A stretch of DNA of 5,090 nt, from the IMG/VR virus record IMGVR_UViG_2744054976_000004; one strand, 5' to 3'. The DNA comes from a virus (Duplodnaviria > Heunggongvirae > Uroviricota > Caudoviricetes). Of the stretch, positions 1 to 5,090 are shown one piece after another; the first letter of the stretch is position 1; the number at the start of each line of letters is the position of its first letter. The notes below the pieces were generated by a model. It was given only the letters and a program-made list of their open reading frames with translations. It did no database searches and was not told the origin of the DNA. Both the position numbers and the translations under genes were made by a program.

Positions 1-686
1 CGGGCAAAGGCGATGATGTATTCGCGGAACACATACGCCTGCGTTTTACTGGCCGACAGAAAAATCTGGTTATGACCGGTTTTCAGGGCGCGCAGCAGCG
101 CCTCGCGGGAAAAATAAAACGTCGCGCCAATCTGGCGGGATTTCAGGATATCGCGGATGCGGTGCTCAAGCCCGGCGCGATACCAGTGCAACTGATAGTC
201 GAAAGACTGCTCAAAGAAAATCTGCTCCAGCTTTTCGATGGCCTCGTCACTGAAAAAATTCTTTTTCGGTTTGCGACGCCCGCCTTTGTTGCGGTTAGCG
301 ACGTTCGGATTAAGGTCTGCCTCGTTGCCGGTCTGACTGTAGCGGTTTACCCGTGCCAGTCGTTCAATCTGGCGTCCCAGCAGGTCAATTTCCTTGAAGT
401 CACCGCCGGTTTTCTGCGGTTTGATGATGAGCTGGGTCAGCCGCGCTTCCAGACTCATTTCGACACGGCTGATGGGGGCAACGCTGTCCCAGCCGTCGCG
501 CTGTTTCCAGCTCTGCACCGTCGGGCGTTTCATCTGCAACATGGCGGCAATCTGCGGCACGGAAAACCCCTGCCAGTACAGCAGCGCCGCCTGACGACGC
601 GGGTCGTGAAGTGCTGTTGTGTCAGTGATAAGCCATCCGGGACTGATGGCGGAGGATGCGCATCGTCGGGAAACTGATGCCGACAT
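1..686 (-). CDS. P: Terminase large (ATPase) subunit gpP, N-terminal 228 codons; the rest of the gene lies beyond the left edge of the window
   Basis: Minus-strand frame is open from 686 down to position 1 (hand-translated, no stop). Start ATG is the reverse complement of 684-686, preceded on the minus strand by GAGGAG (revcomp of 691-696) with a 4-nt spacer. Translation begins MSASVSRRCASSAISPGWLITDTTALHDPRRQAALLYWQGFSVPQIAAMLQMKRPTVQSW... and continues ...ILKSRQIGATFYFSREALLRALKTGHNQIFLSASKTQAYVFREYIIAFA. It contains an HTH-like segment and a KSRQIGAT motif (plus 120-143) resembling the deviant Walker A of large terminases. Divergent orientation next to O matches P2 gene P. It is absent from the supplied ORF track only because it runs off the window edge. 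Confidence 0.85.
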   Translation of the reverse strand, partial: MSASVSRRCASSAISPGWLITDTTALHDPRRQAALLYWQGFSVPQIAAMLQMKRPTVQSWKQRDGWDSVAPISRVEMSLEARLTQLIIKPQKTGGDFKEIDLLGRQIERLARVNRYSQTGNEADLNPNVANRNKGGRRKPKKNFFSDEAIEKLEQIFFEQSFDYQLHWYRAGLEHRIRDILKSRQIGATFYFSREALLRALKTGHNQIFLSASKTQAYVFREYIIAFA

Positions 687-800
687 GTGACTCCTCTAAT
701 CACTATTCAGGACTCCTGACAATGGCAAAAAAAGTCTCAAAATTCTTTCGTATCGGCGTTGAGGGTGACACCTGTGACGGGCGTGTCATCAGTGCGCAGG
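600..800. promoter_or_regulatory. Divergent late-promoter region for leftward P and rightward O transcription; exact -10/-35 and activator sites not resolved
   Basis: The P and O start codons are only 35 bp apart (687-721) and that gap is occupied by the two facing SD sequences, so promoter elements must lie inside the coding ends. Short inverted repeats are visible: GTGA-N9-TCAC (687-703), TGACA-N13-TGTCA (766-788) and TCAGT-N15-ACTGA (622-646). No exact TGT-N12-ACA box was found. Confidence 0.35.
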
Positions 801-1576
801 ATATTCAGGAAATGGCCGAAACCTTTGACCCGCGAGTCTATGGTTGCCGCATTAACCTGGAACATCTGCGCGGCATCCTGCCTGACGGTATTTTTAAGCG
901 TTATGGCGATGTGGCCGAACTGAAGGCCGAAAAGATTGACGATGATTCGGCGCTGAAAGGCAAATGGGCGCTGTTTGCGAAAATCACCCCGACCGATGAC
1001 CTTATCGCGATGAACAAGGCCGCGCAGAAGGTCTATACCTCAATGGAAATTCAGCCGAACTTTGCCAATACAGGCAAATGTTATCTGGTGGGTCTGGCCG
1101 TCACCGATGACCCGGCAAGCCTCGGCACGGAATACCTGGAATTCTGCCGCACGGCAAAACACAACCCTCTGAACCGCTTCAAATTAAGCCCTGAAAACCT
1201 GATTTCAGTGGCAACGCCTGTTGAGCTGGAATTTGAAGACCTGCCTGAAACCGTGTTCACCGCCCTGACCGAAAAGGTGAAATCCATTTTTGGCCGCAAA
1301 CAGGCCAGCGATGACGCCCGTCTGAATGACGTGCATGAAGCGGTGACCGCTGTCGCTGAGCATGTGCAGGAAAAACTGAGCGCCACTGAGCAGCGCCTTG
1401 CTGAGATGGAAACCGCCTTTTCCGCACTTAAGCAGGATGTGACTGACAGGGCGGATGAAACCAGCCAGGCATTCACCCGCCTGAAAAACAGCCTCGACCA
1501 CACCGAAAGTCTGACCCAGCAGCGCCGCAGCAAGGCCACCGGCGGTGGCGGTGACGCCCTGATGACGAACTGCTGA
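722..1576 (+). CDS. O: Capsid scaffolding protein / prohead serine protease gpO
   Basis: Same frame as track ORF 656..1576. Preferred start is ATG 722 (AGGA at 709-712, 9-nt spacer), giving 284 aa beginning MAKKVSKFFRIGVEGDT, the length I recall for P2 gpO. Asp19 (776-778), His48 (863-865) and Ser107 (1040-1042) sit where the gpO protease triad is reported. The C-terminal third is alpha-helical/coiled-coil-like, as expected for a scaffolding domain. Confidence 0.92.
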   Translation: MAKKVSKFFRIGVEGDTCDGRVISAQDIQEMAETFDPRVYGCRINLEHLRGILPDGIFKRYGDVAELKAEKIDDDSALKGKWALFAKITPTDDLIAMNKAAQKVYTSMEIQPNFANTGKCYLVGLAVTDDPASLGTEYLEFCRTAKHNPLNRFKLSPENLISVATPVELEFEDLPETVFTALTEKVKSIFGRKQASDDARLNDVHEAVTAVAEHVQEKLSATEQRLAEMETAFSALKQDVTDRADETSQAFTRLKNSLDHTESLTQQRRSKATGGGGDALMTNC

Positions 1577-1634
1577 CCGGCGTCAGTCAGTCCGGGAAAA
1601 CCTTCACGATTAACCCTTAATTTCAGGAAAAACT

Positions 1635-2708
1635 ATGCGCCAGGAAACCCGCTTTAAATTTAATGCCTATCTGTCCCGTGTTGCCGAACTGAACGGCATC
1701 GACGCCGGTGATGTGTCGAAAAAATTCACCGTTGAACCGTCGGTCACCCAGACCCTGATGAACACCATGCAGGAGTCCTCTGATTTTCTGACCCGCATCA
1801 ACATTGTGCCGGTCAGCGAAATGAAAGGGGAAAAAATTGGTATTGGTGTCACCGGCTCCATCGCCAGCACCACCGACACCGCCGGTGGCACCGAGCGTCA
1901 GCCGAAGGACTTCTCGAAGCTGGCGTCAAACAAGTACGAATGCGACCAGATTAACTTCGATTTTTATATCCGCTACAAAACGCTTGACCTGTGGGCGCGT
2001 TATCAGGATTTCCAGCTCCGTATCCGTAACGCCATTATCAAACGCCAGTCCCTTGATTTAATCATGGCCGGTTTTAACGGCGTGAAGCGTGCCGAAACCT
2101 CTGACCGCAGCAGCAATCCGATGCTGCAGGATGTGGCGGTCGGCTGGCTGCAGAAATACCGCAATGAAGCCCCGGCGCGCGTGATGAGCAAGGTCACTGA
2201 CGAGGAAGGGCACACCACCTCTGAGGTCATCCGCGTGGGTAAGGGCGGTGATTATGCCAGCCTTGATGCACTGGTGATGGATGCGACCAACAACCTGATT
2301 GAGCCGTGGTATCAGGAAGACCCTGACCTTGTGGTGATTGTGGGACGTCAGCTACTGGCGGACAAGTATTTTCCCATCGTCAACAAGGAGCAGGACAACA
2401 GCGAAATGCTGGCCGCTGACGTCATCATCAGCCAGAAACGCATCGGCAACCTGCCAGCGGTACGCGTCCCGTACTTCCCGGCGGATGCGATGCTCATCAC
2501 GAAGCTGGAAAACCTGTCCATCTACTACATGGATGACAGCCATCGCCGCGTGATTGAGGAAAACCCAAAACTCGACCGCGTGGAGAACTACGAGTCAATG
2601 AACATTGATTACGTGGTGGAAGACTACGCCGCCGGTTGTCTGGTGGAAAAAATCAAGGTCGGTGATTTTTCCACACCGGCTAAGGCGACCGCAGAGCCGG
2701 GAGCGTAA
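1635..2708 (+). CDS. N: Major capsid protein gpN (HK97-fold precursor)
   Basis: Track ORF 1635..2708, 357 aa, ATG preceded by AGGA at 1625-1628 (6-nt spacer). The sequence MRQETRFKFNAYLSRVAELNGIDAGDVSKKF... is recognisable as P2-family gpN, and 357 aa matches P2 gpN. Confidence 0.95.
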   Translation: MRQETRFKFNAYLSRVAELNGIDAGDVSKKFTVEPSVTQTLMNTMQESSDFLTRINIVPVSEMKGEKIGIGVTGSIASTTDTAGGTERQPKDFSKLASNKYECDQINFDFYIRYKTLDLWARYQDFQLRIRNAIIKRQSLDLIMAGFNGVKRAETSDRSSNPMLQDVAVGWLQKYRNEAPARVMSKVTDEEGHTTSEVIRVGKGGDYASLDALVMDATNNLIEPWYQEDPDLVVIVGRQLLADKYFPIVNKEQDNSEMLAADVIISQKRIGNLPAVRVPYFPADAMLITKLENLSIYYMDDSHRRVIEENPKLDRVENYESMNIDYVVEDYAAGCLVEKIKVGDFSTPAKATAEPGA

Positions 2709-2711
2709 CCG

Positions 2712-3455
2712 ATGACGAGTCCCGCACAGCGCCACATGATGCGGGTCTCGGCAGCGATGACCGCGCAGCGGGAAGCCGCCCCGCTGCGACATGCAACTGT
2801 CTATGAGCAGATGCTGGTTAAGCTCGCCGCAGACCAGCGCACACTGAAAGCGATTTATTCAAAAGAGCTGAAGGCCGCGAAAAAACGCGAACTGCTGCCG
2901 TTCTGGTTGCCGTGGGTGAACGGCGTGCTGGAGCAGGGCAAAGGTGCACAGGATGACATTCTGATGACGGTCATGCTGTGGCGTCTGGATACCGGCGATA
3001 TTAGCGGTGCGCTGGAGATTGCCCGTTATGCCCTGAAGTACGGTCTGACCATGCCGGGTAAACACCGCCGCACCCCGCCATACATGTTCACCGAGGAGGT
3101 GGCGCTAGCGGCCATGCGCGCCCACGCTGCCGGTGAGTCTGTGGATACCCGCCTGCTGACGGACACCCTTGAACTGACCGCCACGGCTGACATGCCTGAT
3201 GAAGTGCGCGCAAAGCTGCACAAAATCACTGGTCTGCTTCTGCGTGATGGTGGTGATGCCGCCGGTGCGCTGGCTCACCTGCAACGTGCGACACAGCTCG
3301 ACTGTCAGGCAGGCGTCAAAAAAGAGATTGAACGACTGGAGCGGGAGCTGAAACCGAAGCCGGAGCCGCAGCCAAAAGCGGCCACCCGCGCCCCGCGTAA
3401 GACCCGGAGCGTGACACCGGCAAAACGTGGACGCCCGAAAAAGAAAGCCAGTTAA
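2712..3455 (+). CDS. M: Terminase small (DNA-recognition/endonuclease) subunit gpM
   Basis: Track ORF 2712..3455, 247 aa. Start is 3 nt after the N stop (TAA ccg ATG), with GGGAG at 2699-2703. Recognisable as P2 gpM and the same length. The C-terminus is a Pro/Lys/Arg-rich basic tail. Confidence 0.93.
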   Translation: MTSPAQRHMMRVSAAMTAQREAAPLRHATVYEQMLVKLAADQRTLKAIYSKELKAAKKRELLPFWLPWVNGVLEQGKGAQDDILMTVMLWRLDTGDISGALEIARYALKYGLTMPGKHRRTPPYMFTEEVALAAMRAHAAGESVDTRLLTDTLELTATADMPDEVRAKLHKITGLLLRDGGDAAGALAHLQRATQLDCQAGVKKEIERLERELKPKPEPQPKAATRAPRKTRSVTPAKRGRPKKKAS

Positions 3456-3554
3456 CAACCGAATGCGCCCCGCGCCAGGGCGGCACGCCGGTCAGTGACG
3501 GTGAATCACCTGACACTGCACCGGCGTCCACCGCCCGACTTTTCAGAGGTAGTC

Positions 3555-4064
3555 ATGATGACGCTGATTATTCCGCGAAAGGAGGCTCCCGTGTCCGGTG
3601 AGGGTACGGTGGTCATCCCGCAACCGGCAGGCGACGAGCCGGTGATTAAAAACACGTTCTTTTTTCCCGATATCGACCCGAAGCGCGTCCGGGAACGTAT
3701 GCGCCTTGAGCAGACCGTCGTCCCCGCCCGTCTGCGTGAGGCCATCAAGTCAGGCATGGCGGAGACGAATGCGGAGCTGTACGAGTACCGCGAACAGAAA
3801 ATTGCCGCCGGTTTTACGCGTCTGGCGGACGTCCCGGCGGACGACATCGACGGTGAAAGCATCAAAGTTTTTTACTACGAGCGCGCCGTGTGTGCGATGG
3901 CGACCGCGTCGCTTTATGAACGTTATCGCGGTGTGGATGCCAGTGCGAAAGGCGACAAGAAGGCCGACAGCATTGACAGCACCATTGATGAACTTTGGCG
4001 GGATATGCGCTGGGCGGTGGCGCGTATCCAGGACAAGCCGCGCTGCATCGTGAGTCAAATCTGA
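3555..4064 (+). CDS. L: Head completion / capsid completion protein gpL
   Basis: Same frame as track ORF 3495..4064, which starts at a GTG with no SD. Preferred start is ATG 3555 (AGAGG at 3545-3549, 5-nt spacer), giving 169 aa MMTLIIPRKEAPVSGEG..., the length of P2 gpL. The second ATG at 3558 is an equally possible start. Confidence 0.9.
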   Translation: MMTLIIPRKEAPVSGEGTVVIPQPAGDEPVIKNTFFFPDIDPKRVRERMRLEQTVVPARLREAIKSGMAETNAELYEYREQKIAAGFTRLADVPADDIDGESIKVFYYERAVCAMATASLYERYRGVDASAKGDKKADSIDSTIDELWRDMRWAVARIQDKPRCIVSQI

Positions 4065-4267
4065 TGAAGACCTTTGCGCTACAGGGCGACACGCTCGACG
4101 CCATTTGTGTCCGGTATTACGGGCGCACTGAGGGCGTGGTTGAGACCGTGCTCGCCGCAAATCCGGGACTGGCTGAACTGGGGGCGGTGCTGCCACACGG
4201 CACCGCCGTCGAACTGCCCGACGTTCAGACCGCGCCCGTGGCTGAAACTGTCAATCTGTGGGAGTAA
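4064..4267 (+). CDS. X: Tail protein X (small LysM-like protein)
   Basis: Same frame as track ORF 3995..4267, which starts at a TTG. ATG 4064 overlaps the L stop (TGATG at 4062-4066) and gives 67 aa MKTFALQGDTLDAICVRYYGRTEGVVETVLAANPGL..., matching P2 gpX in length and in its LysM-like pattern. Confidence 0.9.
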   Translation: MKTFALQGDTLDAICVRYYGRTEGVVETVLAANPGLAELGAVLPHGTAVELPDVQTAPVAETVNLWE

Positions 4268-4270
4268 CGC

Positions 4271-4552
4271 ATGACAGCAGAAGAAAAAAGCGTCCTGTCG
4301 CTTTTCATGATTGGGGTGCTGATTGTTGTCGGCAAGGTGCTTGCCGGTGGTGAACCCATCACCCCGCGTCTGTTTATCGGGCGCATGTTACTCGGTGGTT
4401 TTGTCTCGATGGTTGCCGGTGTTGTTCTGGTGCAGTTTCCTGACCTGTCACTGCCTGCGGTGTGCGGTATCGGCTCCATGCTGGGTATCGCCGGTTATCA
4501 GGTGATTGAGATTGCCATTCAGCGCCGCTTTAAGGGCAGGGGGAAACCGTAA
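4271..4552 (+). CDS. Y: Holin gpY (class I-like, three predicted transmembrane segments)
   Basis: Track ORF 4271..4552, 93 aa, with GGAG at 4261-4264 (6-nt spacer). Three hydrophobic stretches (SVLSLFMIGVLIVVGKVLAGG, LFIGRMLLGGFVSMVAGVVLVQF, PAVCGIGSMLGIAGYQVIEIAI) are followed by a basic C-terminus QRRFKGRGKP. Same position and length as P2 gpY. Confidence 0.92.
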   Translation: MTAEEKSVLSLFMIGVLIVVGKVLAGGEPITPRLFIGRMLLGGFVSMVAGVVLVQFPDLSLPAVCGIGSMLGIAGYQVIEIAIQRRFKGRGKP

Positions 4553-5049
4553 TGCCGGTTATTAACACGCATCAGAATATCGCCGCCTTTCTCGACATGC
4601 TGGCCGTGTCCGAAGGGACGGCAAACCATCCGCTGACGAAAAACCGGGGCTATGACGTGATAGTCACCGGACTGGACGGGAAGCCGGAAATTTTCACCGA
4701 CTACAGTGACCACCCGTTCGCACATGGTCGACCGGCGAAGGTGTTTAACCGTCGCGGTGAAAAATCCACGGCCTCCGGTCGCTATCAGCAGCTTTACCTG
4801 TTCTGGCCGCATTACCGCAAACAGCTTGCCCTGCCGGATTTCAGTCCGTTGTCACAGGACAGACTTGCCATTCAGTTGATCCGCGAACGCGGTGCACTGG
4901 ATGACATCCGGGCGGGACGCATTGAGCGCGCCATTTCACGCTGTCGCAATATCTGGGCGTCCCTGCCGGGTGCCGGTTACGGTCAGCGTGAGCATTCACT
5001 GGAAAAACTGGTCACCGTCTGGCGTACCGCTGGCGGCGTACCGGCTTAA
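4552..5049 (+). CDS. K: Endolysin gpK (lambda R-type lytic transglycosylase family)
   Basis: Track ORF 4552..5049, 165 aa. Start overlaps the Y stop (TAATG at 4550-4554), with a purine-rich AGGGGGA upstream. Motifs AFLDMLAVSEGT (Glu21), GYDVIV and NIWASLPGAGYGQ match my recollection of lambda R and P2 gpK. Confidence 0.93.
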   Translation: MPVINTHQNIAAFLDMLAVSEGTANHPLTKNRGYDVIVTGLDGKPEIFTDYSDHPFAHGRPAKVFNRRGEKSTASGRYQQLYLFWPHYRKQLALPDFSPLSQDRLAIQLIRERGALDDIRAGRIERAISRCRNIWASLPGAGYGQREHSLEKLVTVWRTAGGVPA

Positions 5050-5063
5050 ACGGAGTAAACACC

Positions 5064-5090
5064 ATGAAGAAATTATCCCTTTCACTGATG
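5064..5090 (+). CDS. lysA: First 9 codons of the next lysis gene, probably lysA; truncated by the window end
   Basis: ATG at 5064-5066 preceded by GGAG at 5052-5055 (8-nt spacer), reading MKKLSLSLM before the window ends. Its position directly after K corresponds to lysA in the P2 gene order. Confidence 0.55.

Noticed and set aside
72-677. Plus-strand ORF of 201 aa at the left end of the window
   Set aside because: It lies entirely antisense to the gpP coding sequence, whose minus-strand frame is open with a strong SD and terminase-like motifs. The plus-strand translation is Arg/Ala/Gly-rich and low-complexity, typical of a shadow ORF in GC-rich coding DNA.
656-721. Upstream extension of O to the ATG at 656 (or 677), giving a 306-aa product
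   Set aside because: The ATG at 656 directly abuts GGAGG with no spacer, the extension would overlap the P start codon region, and the 722 start has a properly spaced SD and gives the canonical 284 aa.
600-800. A canonical TGT-N12-ACA late-promoter activator box
   Set aside because: I scanned every TGT in roughly 540-860 for ACA at +15 and found no exact match, only one-mismatch or other dyads. I therefore report a region rather than a called site.
3495-3554. GTG-initiated N-terminal extension of L (track ORF 3495..4064)
   Set aside because: No SD upstream of the GTG, whereas ATG 3555 has AGAGG at the right spacing and gives the canonical 169 aa. The open frame upstream is probably fortuitous.
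3456-3554. Rho-independent terminator between M and L
   Set aside because: The candidate stems are 4 bp with weak or absent U-tracts, and L, X, Y and K must be transcribed from upstream, so a strong terminator here is implausible.
3995-4063. TTG-initiated extension of X (track ORF 3995..4267, 90 aa)
   Set aside because: It would lie wholly inside the 3' end of L in another frame. ATG 4064 overlaps the L stop and gives the canonical 67-aa X.
394-4505. Plus-strand alternative-frame ORFs 394..594, 1837..2061, 2338..2553, 3706..4053, 4074..4274, 4323..4505
   Set aside because: Each lies inside a well-supported gene in a different frame, with no independent start signals and a low-complexity composition. 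No embedded gene is known at these positions in P2-type operons.
1081-4812. Minus-strand ORFs 1081..1539, 1205..1501, 1667..1891, 2003..2230, 2352..2543, 2595..2792, 2859..3065, 3026..3229, 3105..3458, 3316..3531, 3506..3865, 3750..4196, 3862..4104, 4225..4479, 4519..4812
   Set aside because: All are antisense to confidently assigned structural or lysis genes. They have no convincing SD, and their translations are Arg/Ser/Cys/Ala-rich low-complexity strings typical of shadow ORFs.
1-5090. CRISPR arrays, tRNA/rRNA genes, IS elements, integrase or attachment sites, toxin-antitoxin or defence cassettes
   Set aside because: No direct-repeat/spacer periodicity, no tRNA-like cloverleaf candidates, no terminal inverted repeats, and no unassigned coding capacity were seen. 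The window is saturated by the nine phage genes.

Overview
This window is a contiguous stretch of the late (head morphogenesis plus lysis) region of a P2-like temperate phage or prophage (Peduovirus type, enterobacterial). Gene order and orientation are canonical: terminase ATPase subunit P (minus strand, runs off the left edge), then on the plus strand scaffold/protease O, major capsid N, small terminase M, head completion L, tail protein X, holin Y, endolysin K and the first codons of lysA. After choosing SD-supported start codons, the seven complete proteins are 284, 357, 247, 169, 67, 93 and 165 aa, which to my recollection are exactly the lengths of P2 gpO, N, M, L, X, Y and K; I could not run a database search to confirm this. 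Coding density is very high, with start/stop overlaps or 3-nt gaps at most junctions; the only non-coding stretches are the 35-bp P/O divergent region, the 58-bp O-N spacer and the 99-bp M-L spacer. I find no unaccounted-for gene, cargo insertion, RNA gene, CRISPR array or mobile element, so I see no evidence of a previously undescribed system here. The observations worth a second look are all modest: the unresolved divergent late-promoter region, an AT-hook-like RGRP motif in the basic C-terminal tail of gpM, the M-L spacer, and the start-codon choice for P. All other ORFs in the six-frame track are antisense or alternative-frame shadows of these genes.
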